Source of the DNA: an uncultured Methanoregula sp.
Lineage (GTDB): Archaea > Halobacteriota > Methanomicrobia > Methanomicrobiales > Methanospirillaceae
DNA: 64,000 nt
Direction of reading: 5' to 3'
NCBI GenBank assembly: GCA_963676405.2
Contig: CAXXQB010000027.1
Coordinates: 41,241-105,240, forward strand
Shown: positions 50,003 to 60,568 of the stretch, in pieces
Layout: each line of letters begins with the position of its first letter
Numbering within the stretch: the stretch's first letter is position 1
Made by a program: the position numbers and the translations under genes
Notes under the pieces: generated by a model
What the model saw: only the letters and a program-made list of their open reading frames with translations
What the model was told of the DNA's origin: nothing
Database searches by the model: none

Positions 50003-50185
50003 ATGCTTTCCAAAGACACATGTAAAATGATTGCATTGATTTTGTTAATCGGTTCTCTAATTTGTGTTTTAGTTGGTGCTGGAGGATTATTCATTACGTC
50101 AGGATTTTCTTTCCAAACATTGCTTTCGGTTGGTTTTGCAGTAATGGCATTGGCTTTATTTTATTCAAGTCAAGCATTAAAATAA
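50003..50185 (+). CDS. Small two-TM membrane protein
   Basis: 60 aa with two hydrophobic helices; AT-rich; divergent from the kinase fusion. Confidence 0.5.
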   Translation: MLSKDTCKMIALILLIGSLICVLVGAGGLFITSGFSFQTLLSVGFAVMALALFYSSQALK

Positions 50186-50341
50186 GGTAAATCAATATCC
50201 CAAATTTTTCTAATTACTTTTTTTTGAGTTTTAACAGTCAATTGTGTATTATTAAAAAAAGGATCTTAAATCCCCACAATCACCAAGTCATTCAATATCA
50301 ATCCATATCTTTGAACCCGGTGTTATGCATGGATATTTAGA

Positions 50342-51202
50342 TCAAATGAGCGGACGGGGTTCCTTGTCACCGGCAACCGGAAGTCGTGTCGGTTTTATCA
50401 AGACGGGCTCGTCACCCTGCCGGATCTTCTCTATGATGAGATCTTTTCCCTTTTTTGTCATCGCAAAGACGGGGATCGAGATTCCTGCCTGCACGAGTGC
50501 TTTTCCGGCAACCGCTTCGCGGATAGTCTTTGAGGCGCAGGCGGTGACCAGATCAGATGCTCGGACAAGCCGCTCTGCCTCATCCTTGGTAAGCCCGCTT
50601 GCGTGAACTCCGACAATAAAAGCATCGGGATGAATCTTGCGAATCGCCTCGGCATCTGACGGCAGGGCGACCGTGACCGCGATTTTTTTTAATCCTTTCT
50701 CATACGCAAGCACCATGCCGGCTGCCTGATCCATGCGGGCGCTTTTGTGGTCAAGCACGAACCCGCCGTTCTTCTCGATTCGATCTATTACCCCCGGATA
50801 TGGAGATGTTTTCACGAGTCCGGACATCCGTCCCCCGATACCCTGCACGAGCGCTGGTGTCGTAGCAATGACTGTACCTGCACCATCGCATGCAATTACT
50901 GCTGCAGCAAAAAAACCGGCGTGAATGCCAAAACTCAAAAGTTCTGATGCGCCGAACCCGACAAACGCCCGGGTATCCAGCACTTCACGGTTTGGCGTAC
51001 ACATGCCAAAAGACAGGATCCGCGCCTCAATGTTTGCCTTTACTGCGTCCTTTGTGATCTCGGGAACCGGGTAGGCGAACCGTTTTGCAAGCGGACAGTC
51101 AGCTATTATCGGATCCGAAACCTCAACGACTTTCCCCTTCCGGACAACGACCCGGCACCTGCCGATTGCCTCAATGATATGCTCATCCGTAAATTTGTTC
51201 AT
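50342..51202 (-). CDS. Methanogenesis marker protein 8 (DUF2099)
   Basis: DEHIIEAIGRCRV, CPL, FGMCT, FGASE, ACDGAGTV..VQGIGGRMSGL. Confidence 0.9.
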   Translation of the reverse strand: MNKFTDEHIIEAIGRCRVVVRKGKVVEVSDPIIADCPLAKRFAYPVPEITKDAVKANIEARILSFGMCTPNREVLDTRAFVGFGASELLSFGIHAGFFAAAVIACDGAGTVIATTPALVQGIGGRMSGLVKTSPYPGVIDRIEKNGGFVLDHKSARMDQAAGMVLAYEKGLKKIAVTVALPSDAEAIRKIHPDAFIVGVHASGLTKDEAERLVRASDLVTACASKTIREAVAGKALVQAGISIPVFAMTKKGKDLIIEKIRQGDEPVLIKPTRLPVAGDKEPRPLI

Positions 51203-51330
51203 ACGGTTTTTCCAGATATGAATTGTATTTTGTCCTATGAGTAAGTAATTGTGGAACAAAACCGGTACCGCAACTGCCATGAAATGCATCTTCAAAAAAC
51301 ATATTCGGGAACAGGAACAATACGAGTGCA

Positions 51331-52071
51331 ATGAACGGAACGGAGCGGTACCAGGAGATCGATCTCTTGCGAGGCATAGCTCTTGTGCTGATGATACTCT
51401 TTCACACGCTCTTTGACCTGAATTTTTTCGGGATTTTCCCTGTCGATTTATATACCGGGTTCTGGCGTCTCTATGCATATGCTGCTGTATCGATTTTTCT
51501 CTCTCTTGTTGGTATCTCTCTTGTGATCAGCCGGGCACGTGCCGCCCGGTACCTCGATGCAGGTGCACTCGCAAAAAAATTTGTGTTGCGTGGCGCCGGC
51601 ATTTTCTGCCTCGGTTTACTTGTCACTACAGTTACGTGGTGGTACCTGCATGAGGGATTTGTCGTGTTTGGTATCCTCTCCCTGATTGGCGTCTCTGTGA
51701 TGTGTTCCCCGCTCTTTTTCCGGTTCGGGCGGATGAATGCTGTGCTGGGACTATTAATTATCGTCATCGGCTGGGTCTTTACAACGATAACCGGCCCCAT
51801 CTGGTTGATACCGGTTGGCATTCATCCAGCCACGTTCTGGTCTGTCGATTATGAACCGATCTTTCCCTGGTTTGGTGTCGTGCTTATTGGTATCGCGCTC
51901 GGTAACGTGCTGTATCCTGGAGGAGTCCGGTCTTTCGCGATCCCCCAGCTCCCGGCAAATGCGATAGCCCCGCTTGTTTTCATGGGCAGGCATTCGCTCC
52001 TCATTTATCTCGTTCACCAACCGCTCATTCTTGCGGTGCTCTACCTGCTAACCGGGGCACCGGTGGTGTGA
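51331..52071 (+). CDS. DUF1624 / heparan-alpha-glucosaminide N-acetyltransferase-domain membrane protein
   Basis: RYQEIDLLRGIALVLMILFH, FGIL, DYEPIFPW, GRHSLLIYLVHQP. Confidence 0.88.
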   Translation: MNGTERYQEIDLLRGIALVLMILFHTLFDLNFFGIFPVDLYTGFWRLYAYAAVSIFLSLVGISLVISRARAARYLDAGALAKKFVLRGAGIFCLGLLVTTVTWWYLHEGFVVFGILSLIGVSVMCSPLFFRFGRMNAVLGLLIIVIGWVFTTITGPIWLIPVGIHPATFWSVDYEPIFPWFGVVLIGIALGNVLYPGGVRSFAIPQLPANAIAPLVFMGRHSLLIYLVHQPLILAVLYLLTGAPVV

Positions 52072-52171
52072 TTCTGTAGTGGAATTATAGCACACATCCT
52101 CAAGGTGATGGGGATTCATTTCCTGGATTCAGATTGTTTAATGCGATAAACGAACAACATCCCCCATAACG

Positions 52172-53101
52172 ATGCTCTGGGTTCTTCTCGCGCTCGCCGG
52201 TGCAGTGACAAATGCCGGGTACTATGTCGCAACGAAAAAAATGCTCCAGTCAATAAACCCTCATGTACTGGCTGCCGGGAGTTTTCTTACCACAGCGCTC
52301 TTTCTCCTCCTCATTTCCTCGCGTTCCGGTATTCCGGTGATTGGTGACCGGTTTCTCTTTGCAGTTATCATTACTGCAAGCCTGAACATTATTGCAACGA
52401 TCCTCACGTACCGAGCACTTGCCACCACCGATATCTCACTTGCGATCCCTATGATCTCCTTTACACCGGTCTTTTTGATTGGGACTTCCTTTCTCCTTCT
52501 CCACGAACTTCCGACAATCAGCGGGGCGATAGGTATTCTGATCATTGTCTCTGGTTCTTATGTTCTGAATCTTTCACCGGGACAGAAGAATATGGCCGAT
52601 CCCATCCGTTCGATAACGCGACATCCTGGCGTTCTGTACATGCTGATCGTCGCGTTTCTCTATGCGATTTCCGTGAACTTTGACAAGATGGTGGTGCAGG
52701 AATCAGATACGGTCTTTGGTTCTGCTATTGTCTTTGTTGTTCTCGGGGTCGCATTTGTCATTATCGCACTCCTCTCATGTCGGGATGCGTGCACTTTGCG
52801 CGGGATAAAAAAAGATCTACCGGCAATGACAGAACTGAAACCGGTATCCTCCAGGTATCGTTATCACTGGATGGCGGGTGCATTCATTTTCATCGGCTTA
52901 CTCATCACCACAGAAGCGATCGTGATTAATTACGCGTACACCCTGCAGATTGTCCCGTACGTCATCGCATTCAAACGGATGAGTATTATTCTGACTGTGC
53001 TCTCCGGTGCTATTGTATTTCGTGAATCGAATATTGGCAGGAGACTTACCGGCGCCGTACTGATGGTGCTAGGGGCAGTCCTCATCCTCTTCACGTTGTA
53101 A
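52172..53101 (+). CDS. EamA/DMT-family transporter
   Basis: About ten TM segments in two repeats; ISLAIPMISFTPVF..LLHE..G; FRES..RRL.GA.LM. Confidence 0.9.
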   Translation: MLWVLLALAGAVTNAGYYVATKKMLQSINPHVLAAGSFLTTALFLLLISSRSGIPVIGDRFLFAVIITASLNIIATILTYRALATTDISLAIPMISFTPVFLIGTSFLLLHELPTISGAIGILIIVSGSYVLNLSPGQKNMADPIRSITRHPGVLYMLIVAFLYAISVNFDKMVVQESDTVFGSAIVFVVLGVAFVIIALLSCRDACTLRGIKKDLPAMTELKPVSSRYRYHWMAGAFIFIGLLITTEAIVINYAYTLQIVPYVIAFKRMSIILTVLSGAIVFRESNIGRRLTGAVLMVLGAVLILFTL

Positions 53102-53152
53102 AACGCAGACTGGTTCAGGAGATGGAGAAATACAAGCTCCGGATACAACGCT

Positions 53153-55234
53153 TCATTCCCCGTTTCCCGGTCTACATACAGGATGAGAAGGATCACTTCC
53201 GCACTTGTACCGGCAGATGTTTCCCACTGCCCGGAATGCATCCTCGAGATCCGGGAAATTCGGGATCTCTGCATCCCGCAGGATTCGGAGCGGAGTCTTC
53301 ATGGAGTCCCCACCGATCAGACACCCGACAATCATCTTGTGCGTGTGCTTTGAGAACCTGACAAGCTCATTTGCGACACGAATGGGATCGGAGATCGCTG
53401 AAGGGACTGCGATCACAAACGCGATATCCCAGAGATCCTGGTTTGTAATCATCACATCAAACGTCTTTGCGTACCGGTCCGCGCTGGAATCTCCCACCAT
53501 GTCAATCGGATTTGCCCGGCTCCAGTTCACCGGGAGCACGGCATCAAGTTCCCCGACAAGCGATGGTGAGAACTCAACAAGCTGGATACCGAACCGCTCC
53601 GCATAATCTGACGAGAGCACACCGAACCCACCGGCATTTGAGATCACGACAGCCCGGACCCCTTTCGGGTACCCCTCAGATGCCAGCAGTTCTGCTGCCT
53701 GGAACGCTTCGCGGATTGACCGTGCGGGAATTACTCCTGCCTGCCGGAATGCTGCCTGGTACACTTCAAAATTCCCGGCAAGCGATCCGGTATGGGATGA
53801 CGCTGCTTTCTGCCCGATTCGTGAAGCGCCCGCCTTTATCGCGACGACAGGTATCCTTTTTGTCACCGCGCTTACAATCTCCATAAACCGTTTCCCGTTC
53901 CGTATCTGTTCGATGTAGAGGATGATCGCTTTTGTTTTTACATCATCGCCGGCAAACCGGATGAAATCCTCGAACGTGAGATCTGCCTGGTTGCCAACCG
54001 AGAAAATTGCAGAGAACCCGATCTCCTCCGGAAGACTCCAGTCAACAATTGTGGTAATAATTGCCCCGCTCTGGGAGATGAACGCAATCTTGCCGGGTTT
54101 TGGGGATACCGGATCAAACGTGGTGTTGATCCCCTGGTGCGGGAGCATGAACCCAAGGCAGTTTGGTCCCATGATGCGGATATGGTATTTTTGTGCGATG
54201 GCAAGAATCCGGTCTTCCAGCGCCTTTCCTGCCGCACCGCTTTCCTGGAACCCTGATGATATGATGATGACAAGGGGAATCCCTTTCTCCCCGGCTTCCT
54301 GTACCACTTGCGGGACAGCGGGAGCCGGAATCGCCACAACCGCTGCATCGACTGTTTCCGGAATCGCAGCGAGCGTGGGGTATGCCGTTCTGCCAAGAAT
54401 TATCGGATTTTTCGGGTTGACCGGGTAGAGTTTCCCGGGAAACGCGAGCATGTTGCGGCAGACCGCATAGCCGATCTTGTTTGGATCCTGCGAAGCGCCA
54501 ACGATAGCAATAGATTTGACGTTTAACAACTCGTTGGGCATCTCCGCATTGTGCGGTGCAGAAACGGCCATTGCCTCATCATTTTTGTAGAACCGTGCAT
54601 CGACTGCACACCCGCCAGTTTCATACAGGACAAACGGGTTGATATCGAATTCCTCAATCTCCGGGTGAGCGAGGAACATCCGTGCAACGGTATTAATCAC
54701 ACGGAGGAATGCCTCCTCATCCCGTGGCGGTTCATGACGGAATCCTGTGATTAACCGGTAATTGTGAAGGTGTCCGACCATCGATCGGATCTCATTTTCG
54801 CTTACCGGCAATATGCCAACGGATACATCACGGGAGAGCTCGACAAGCCGCCCGCCTATCCCCACCGTGATTACCTTGCCAAATGTCGGATCGGTTTTCC
54901 CCCCGATGATCATCTCAAGCCCGGCACTCATCTGTTGTTCAACCATGATACCGGCAATTTCCGCAGAGGGATCAAATGCAACAACGTTCTTCCTGATGGT
55001 CTCAAACGCCCGTCCTGCCTCCGCAGCTGACGCAATACCGGTGATGACACCCCCGGCATCACTCTTATGAATTACCTGTGCCGAAATCACCTTCATGACA
55101 ACAGGATACCCGATTGCATCTGCTGCTGCAACTGCCTCATGTTCAGTGCGGGCAACAATATAGCGTGGAACCGGGATGCCATGTGTCTTTAACAGATCAT
55201 ACCCTTCTGCTTCAGTCATCAAGGTGCGTACCAT
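53153..55234 (-). CDS. ADP-forming acetate/acyl-CoA ligase, beta-alpha fusion
   Basis: N-terminal ATP-grasp (GYPVVMK..HKSDAGGV, DINP), then CoA-binding (IVGAS, GPNCLG, SQSGA) and SSHTGSLAG phospho-His; alternative GTG start at 55264. Confidence 0.92.
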   Translation of the reverse strand: MVRTLMTEAEGYDLLKTHGIPVPRYIVARTEHEAVAAADAIGYPVVMKVISAQVIHKSDAGGVITGIASAAEAGRAFETIRKNVVAFDPSAEIAGIMVEQQMSAGLEMIIGGKTDPTFGKVITVGIGGRLVELSRDVSVGILPVSENEIRSMVGHLHNYRLITGFRHEPPRDEEAFLRVINTVARMFLAHPEIEEFDINPFVLYETGGCAVDARFYKNDEAMAVSAPHNAEMPNELLNVKSIAIVGASQDPNKIGYAVCRNMLAFPGKLYPVNPKNPIILGRTAYPTLAAIPETVDAAVVAIPAPAVPQVVQEAGEKGIPLVIIISSGFQESGAAGKALEDRILAIAQKYHIRIMGPNCLGFMLPHQGINTTFDPVSPKPGKIAFISQSGAIITTIVDWSLPEEIGFSAIFSVGNQADLTFEDFIRFAGDDVKTKAIILYIEQIRNGKRFMEIVSAVTKRIPVVAIKAGASRIGQKAASSHTGSLAGNFEVYQAAFRQAGVIPARSIREAFQAAELLASEGYPKGVRAVVISNAGGFGVLSSDYAERFGIQLVEFSPSLVGELDAVLPVNWSRANPIDMVGDSSADRYAKTFDVMITNQDLWDIAFVIAVPSAISDPIRVANELVRFSKHTHKMIVGCLIGGDSMKTPLRILRDAEIPNFPDLEDAFRAVGNICRYKCGSDPSHPVCRPGNGE

Positions 55235-55405
55235 CGTAATCCCTGTGTAGTGTATTTCGGGCACACCTTAATGATGATTGTTGAAAAAAGAAATTCGGTT
55301 AGGTCACCCTATCCGGATTAAGACCGATCAGTCCCGGCTTGCATGACGATCTTCGATAAATTATTCGCACGGGTGCGAGGATACGATATCCACCAACAAG
55401 AACAA

Positions 55406-56518
55406 TCACATCATACCATACGGGATATTGATCCGCAGGCAGTGTGCCATATCGGCAAGGATGGGGACAATATCCCGCTCGCTGTTATACCGTTGTGCTA
55501 TCTGTTCGGCAAGACTTCCTTTACGGATGCGGTTTTCGATAACCGGCAGATATTTCCGCTCGTCATCAGTTGCTTTCTGCCATGCACGTGTGTATAATTC
55601 TTCAAGTTCCGGGCGCAGGGAGCAAGTCCCATTCCGGATAACATCATCCATGCAACCAAGAAGCGCGTCCTGTTCAGTCTCTACGGGCAGTGTCGGGCAC
55701 CGGAGCAGCGCCCGGACAAATGCACACACTGCCATATCTGAATGGATACATTCCTGTTCATCGAGTACCTTGATCTCAAGACACTTCCGCGAGAACCGGA
55801 TGATAAGCCCGCTCGAATTAACCCATTCCTCACAGAGAATTGCCGCATCACGTCTTTTCAGTTCAGAGAAGATCTCGTCCTGTGCCGCATGATATTCGCC
55901 GACATTACGGATCTTTTCCGGTATGATGTGGTTGCAGATCTGCGGGATCTCTTTCTGGTTCGTCCGGTAATAGAGAAGCCGGTTGTCTGCACAACCGGTG
56001 AGTTTTCCTTCAACCATCGGGGACGAGGCAGTGATGGCAACGAGGTACGGGAGGAGGGGACGCAGCCGATTGTAGAGAAGGACGAGATCCTTGTCCCCGG
56101 TATACGAGAGGTTGATCTGGAGCGACTGGATGTTCAGCCACCCATGCTGCCGGATAGAAAAGAGGCGATTATATGCTTCGTAGTACTCTTTCTCATCATG
56201 ATCCCAGACCGCGGTTTTATCAAGGGTGAGGGTCGGGTGCATCCCGAGACCAAGCAGGTGATAACGTTCCGGGAAGATATGGTAAAATTTCCTGATACCA
56301 TGGACCAGCTGCGTTTCAAGTACGTTCAGGTCATCAACTGGCACACGCGGGACAAATTCGAGCACGTGCTTCTGCAACTCTTTTCCCAGTTTCACATCCC
56401 CAAAGAGGATCTCGCTCTCACAGCTCCCGCAGATGTTTTTTAGTATCTGGTCTGATACGGGCAACGGATTGAACTGAGAGTCATTGATCGAATATTCGTG
56501 TTCGGTGCCGATAGTCAT
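55406..56518 (-). CDS. Glutamate--cysteine ligase family 2 (GCS2) carboxylate-amine ligase
   Basis: IGTEHEY, ELQKHVLE, GMHP, HGWLNIQSLQINL, ASSP..EG, RF....EIKVLDEQEC. Confidence 0.88.
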   Translation of the reverse strand: MTIGTEHEYSINDSQFNPLPVSDQILKNICGSCESEILFGDVKLGKELQKHVLEFVPRVPVDDLNVLETQLVHGIRKFYHIFPERYHLLGLGMHPTLTLDKTAVWDHDEKEYYEAYNRLFSIRQHGWLNIQSLQINLSYTGDKDLVLLYNRLRPLLPYLVAITASSPMVEGKLTGCADNRLLYYRTNQKEIPQICNHIIPEKIRNVGEYHAAQDEIFSELKRRDAAILCEEWVNSSGLIIRFSRKCLEIKVLDEQECIHSDMAVCAFVRALLRCPTLPVETEQDALLGCMDDVIRNGTCSLRPELEELYTRAWQKATDDERKYLPVIENRIRKGSLAEQIAQRYNSERDIVPILADMAHCLRINIPYGMM

Positions 56519-56522
56519 ACCA

Positions 56523-57020
56523 TCAGGGATTCCGGCGGGGTACTTCCGCAACCTTTTCGGTATCCGGCTCTTCGATCTGGCAGATCATCTCAAGTTCTTC
56601 CGGCGAGAGGTGGGAGACGAGATTGGTAATATTCTGTACTGCAAGATTGTATTGTGTCCGGTATGCTGACGGCACCACTTTTAACAGGCCGACGACGGGG
56701 CAAACCGTCTCGTGTTTCAGGTAAATGTTGATTTTATCTCCACTCACATCGAACGTAAACGGTCCTGCACGGCAGGTTTCAGGCTTGATTGCATGGATAG
56801 AACACTCCCCATCCCGCATCATGATGCATTGCCCGTCGTTTTGGGATTTTAAACGAAGGTATCCGTTGGATTCAAAAGATTCCTGCGGTACTCCTCGCGC
56901 GATCAACCGCTGGTAACAGGTCTGTGATATAGGTGGGTGCGCCTCAATGCAGCAATGTCCGCCACAGCGCATACAGATAGTCTCAGCACGGAGCAACCAG
57001 TCTTCAGTCAATTTTGTCAC
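56523..57020 (-). CDS. YkgJ-family cysteine-cluster protein
   Basis: CMRCGGHCC...C......CSIHAIKPETCRAGPF. Confidence 0.88.
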   Translation of the reverse strand: MTKLTEDWLLRAETICMRCGGHCCIEAHPPISQTCYQRLIARGVPQESFESNGYLRLKSQNDGQCIMMRDGECSIHAIKPETCRAGPFTFDVSGDKINIYLKHETVCPVVGLLKVVPSAYRTQYNLAVQNITNLVSHLSPEELEMICQIEEPDTEKVAEVPRRNP

Positions 57021-57889
57021 TTCGCAAAAAGGTGAGAAACGATTTTCTGGTATACCTGGGGATAGAGGGCGTCTTCCCCGCTCTCGAGAGAGGGATTGTC
57101 ATTCACCTCAATTACATAGGCATTCCCGTTATTATTTTTTATGTCAACGCCATAAAGTCCGTTTCCGATTGCATGTGCTGCATCGATCCCAAGTTTGATG
57201 ACATGGGTTGGCACGGCATCTACCGGCACACTCTCAACACCGCAATAGACAATATGCCCGTTCACCGATGCCTGGATCTTGAACGTGACCGACGGGATCG
57301 TATATTTGCAGGCATAAAGCAGTTCCCCGCCAAGCACACCCACCCGCCAATCGTACTTGCTCTCGATATACTGCTGCACAACAATCCAGTCCGACATCTT
57401 GATGAACCGCCGCGCAACCCGGAAGAACCCGGCAATATCGGTCACCCTCTCGACCCGGAGCGAGAAGGAGGTGGATGGTTCCTTCACGATAAGCGGGCTT
57501 CCCAAGGTATCAAAGAGCTGGGAAACCCGTTCAACAGACAGGTCATTTTTAGAGAGAAAGACCGTTTTCGGGAGCGAGACGTGCTTTTTCATCAGGTGGG
57601 AATACATGTTAATTTTATCCCCGCAAATCTGGATCGACTGCGGGTCATCAATAACCGGGATTCCGTGCATACTCGCCATTCGTGCGGCGACATAGGTTAC
57701 GTTCATCGGGTCAGTCCGGGCACGGATGAACAGGGCGTCCATTTTGGGAATCTTGTTGATGTCGACGGGAAAGAGAAAGTCCGCGTCATGACCCATATCC
57801 TCGGCAACGTCCCGGCAGTGAATCAGCGCGTTGAGCTGTTCGGAGTTGGAGAGTGTCTTTCTGTCGACAAAGATCCCGAGCCGGCTCAT
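57017..57889 (-). CDS. RimK-family ATP-grasp ligase
   Basis: DALFIR, VIDDPQSI..CGDK, KEPSTSFS, DWRVGVLGG, GLYGVDIK, IEVNDNPSL. Confidence 0.9.
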   Translation of the reverse strand: MSRLGIFVDRKTLSNSEQLNALIHCRDVAEDMGHDADFLFPVDINKIPKMDALFIRARTDPMNVTYVAARMASMHGIPVIDDPQSIQICGDKINMYSHLMKKHVSLPKTVFLSKNDLSVERVSQLFDTLGSPLIVKEPSTSFSLRVERVTDIAGFFRVARRFIKMSDWIVVQQYIESKYDWRVGVLGGELLYACKYTIPSVTFKIQASVNGHIVYCGVESVPVDAVPTHVIKLGIDAAHAIGNGLYGVDIKNNNGNAYVIEVNDNPSLESGEDALYPQVYQKIVSHLFAK

Positions 57890-58686
57890 AAGAACTCCTG
57901 GTGATCAATGTACGCAGCGAGAAGCGCCCGTTCCCCTTCAGTCAGGTGGTTATATCGTATAGGTGCAAGTGATGAGAGTGCAAATTCCGTTCCCGTCTTC
58001 ACAAAGATCATGTGGATGAGCGGGATGGAGAAGAGCGCGTAGCATTTTTCGGCAAAACCTGCAATCTCATGGCAACTTTGCAGTGTCCTGCCAAATATCG
58101 CCGTGCAGGTATGAATTGTCGCACCCACACCCAGTTTCTGGTAACAGAAGGGATACTTTCCCTTGTTTGTTATGTGTTTTATCACATCCTTTGCCTGCCC
58201 GGCATCATCCACGACAAAGAAATCGGCGGATGTGGCAAAATAGTTCAAACCGTAGAGAATCGCCGGGAGCGGCACGTACGCTTGTGAAATCCCCCATTCG
58301 CAGACCGGGATCCCGGCACGTTTTGCCCGCTCGAGACAGATGGGTACGACATAGGCATCAAGCACCGCATCGCTGGATGGGCGGACAGTTTTTCCTTCGA
58401 GTTCGTGCTGGAGGATGGTGTAATATGCCTCTGTTTTGTACGAATAGTCCTCGCTCACGATGTGCCAAGCATCGTCGCGCTTCATGACAAAGAGGGAATC
58501 TTTCGTCATTCCCGGTTCCCGCCGGGGATTTTCTCGGCAATTAATTTTCTTTACCGTTGCCGGATCAATACCAGTGGGGAATCTGATAGTACCGGGAGTA
58601 ACAGGAAATACACCGGTTGCCGGAGATACGGTTCCCTGTCCGTGTAGCAGATCAACCTGCGGGGGTTCGCCCCATCTATCGTTCAT
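57886..58686 (-). CDS. RimK-like ATP-grasp N-terminal (RLAN) domain protein
   Basis: DYSYKTEAYY..LQHELEG..VRPS resembles the RLAN motif; ATGA-coupled to the RimK ligase; true start may be downstream (MTKDS). Confidence 0.72.
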   Translation of the reverse strand: MNDRWGEPPQVDLLHGQGTVSPATGVFPVTPGTIRFPTGIDPATVKKINCRENPRREPGMTKDSLFVMKRDDAWHIVSEDYSYKTEAYYTILQHELEGKTVRPSSDAVLDAYVVPICLERAKRAGIPVCEWGISQAYVPLPAILYGLNYFATSADFFVVDDAGQAKDVIKHITNKGKYPFCYQKLGVGATIHTCTAIFGRTLQSCHEIAGFAEKCYALFSIPLIHMIFVKTGTEFALSSLAPIRYNHLTEGERALLAAYIDHQEFL

Positions 58687-59152
58687 CCGGAGATCAGCTC
58701 ACCGTTCCGATGACACTAAAGACGCATGCGGCAATGCAATCCCGTGCCTGACCCGGATCCCACTATAGAGGAATGAGAGAGAGACCGTGAAAAGACATTT
58801 CCTATACATTTTATTCCTGCGATTGCGTACGATATGCACCGCATCGATACAAAACAGGAAGAGAACCGCCGTTGGTTCGCTTCGTCATCTTCGTCATTGT
58901 TGAGACACTCAGTCATGTTCAACACTAATCCAATGATTAGATTGGATTGTTCTCTTAAGCTTCTATTTGCTGTACTGGTTAAAGCATTTTGCACAGAGGA
59001 CAAAAAAATGACTGGGGTTCATAGTGGGTTTGTTATCATAGGATGAGTGAAAGCATAACCTCGTAGTTCCCGGATTTGATCGATGCGGGGGATCTGCAAA
59101 TCCCGAAGTAATAATAAAATTGATATTTTCATATCACCATCAGTAATCAGGA

Positions 59153-59707
59153 ATGCATATACCCAATCCTGAAGAACTCCGCTCACGGCGCGAAGCACTG
59201 GGGCTCAAACAGACTGAACTCGCACGGCGCGCGGGAATCAGCCAGTCCATGGTGGCACGCATTGAAGCAGGCAGTGTCGATCCACGGGTCAGTACACTCA
59301 ATAAGATCATTAAAGTACTCAACAGTGCCGAACCAAAGAAGATCACGGCTGCGCAGATCATGCATGCGCCGGTGCTTTCGGTAGCGCCGCAGGCAAGTAT
59401 CATGGCGGCAGTAGAAATTTTCGAGAAAAATAATATTTCGCAGCTGCCGGTAATCGAGCGGGGAATTCCTGCCGGATGTATATCTGAGGCAGTGATTGTC
59501 AAAGCGATCGAACAGCAGCGTCTTCACAAAAGCCACATGTTCATGGTAAAGGATTTCATGGAGCCGGGTTTTCCCACGGTTCCTCCGGATATGGATGTAG
59601 AGACGGTGGTCAACATCTTACAGCAGAACCACGCGGTGCTGGTGGTTGACGGACGGATCGTAAAGGGCGTGATCACGAAGCACGATTTAATCTCGCTTAT
59701 CGTGTAG
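59153..59707 (+). CDS. XRE-HTH + CBS-pair transcriptional regulator
   Basis: GLKQTELARRAGISQSMVARIEAG..DPRVSTL followed by two CBS domains. Confidence 0.92.
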   Translation: MHIPNPEELRSRREALGLKQTELARRAGISQSMVARIEAGSVDPRVSTLNKIIKVLNSAEPKKITAAQIMHAPVLSVAPQASIMAAVEIFEKNNISQLPVIERGIPAGCISEAVIVKAIEQQRLHKSHMFMVKDFMEPGFPTVPPDMDVETVVNILQQNHAVLVVDGRIVKGVITKHDLISLIV

Positions 59708-59786
59708 AGAAATGGAATGAAATTTTTCCTGTCTGTTTTCTTGGAAGAATCCTGTCAGATTTTCGTGATGTAAAAAAGAAAAAAGA

Positions 59787-60455
59787 TCAGAGTTTTGAAA
59801 CAAGGTCACGAAGTACCGCACCGGGATCCTGCGCTTTTACGACACTCGATGCGAGGAGCACACCATCCGTTCCAAGATCGACCGCGATTTTGACGCACTC
59901 ACCTGACTGTATGCCGGCACCGGTCAACACTTTTGTTTTTGGGTTGATCTCATGAACGAGCGCAACGGAGCGCTTGATAATCTCCGGGTTTGCTTTCGAC
60001 ACAGAAACCCCGCTCCCGATCAGTTCCGGGGGTTCAATCGCGACATACTCCGGTGAGAGTGCAGCTGATGCGGCACTTGTCATCTCGTTGTTCGTGCAAA
60101 CAACCGCAACAAGTTTCTGCGCCTGCAATGCCCTGACTGATCCCTCAATCTCCGCAAGTGTCAACCGGCGTTCCGAGTGGTTGACAAGCGATCCGACTGC
60201 TCCGGCAAGTTTGATCGAGTCAGCGGTGACATGCCCGGTATGGGCACCCGGTTCAAACCCATCAACATGCTGGGCATAGATCGGGATGGTGAAATGATGA
60301 GCGAGCGGGTGGAGATCGATATATGACGGGGCAATCCCGATGGTTACTCCGCTCTCTTTTGCGACGAGTTGTGCGGCAGTCGTAATCTGGTGGGCACGGT
60401 TTCCCATACCCTCCTTATAGGTTTTGAGATTGACAAGGATCAGTGGAGACGGCAT
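59787..60455 (-). CDS. tpiA: Triosephosphate isomerase (archaeal type)
   Basis: [32 protein letters not shown]. Confidence 0.97.
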   Translation of the reverse strand: MPSPLILVNLKTYKEGMGNRAHQITTAAQLVAKESGVTIGIAPSYIDLHPLAHHFTIPIYAQHVDGFEPGAHTGHVTADSIKLAGAVGSLVNHSERRLTLAEIEGSVRALQAQKLVAVVCTNNEMTSAASAALSPEYVAIEPPELIGSGVSVSKANPEIIKRSVALVHEINPKTKVLTGAGIQSGECVKIAVDLGTDGVLLASSVVKAQDPGAVLRDLVSKL

Positions 60456-60568
60456 ACGATTTCCTCACAAACTATCCGTTGCATGCCAGCTCCATTAGAC
60501 TTTTCGATTGAGTGGAAGTGAGCCCGGATAAAATGAGATCTGCTGGATAGTTTGATGGATCGATCCGT

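Noticed and set aside
53153-55264. Swapped beta-alpha domain order in the acyl-CoA ligase as a novelty
   Set aside because: This arrangement is already known among archaeal ADP-forming acyl-CoA synthetases.
57014-57904. 296-aa plus-strand ORF and similar ones (2013-2750, 3761-4465, 4689-5429, 16611-17219, 34651-35346, 55742-56443)
   Set aside because: Antisense to well-supported genes, with no recognisable motifs.
58716-59003. Acidic/Cys-containing ORF upstream of the RimK operon as a precursor peptide
   Set aside because: No convincing RBS or precursor-like repeats; cannot be supported without conservation data.
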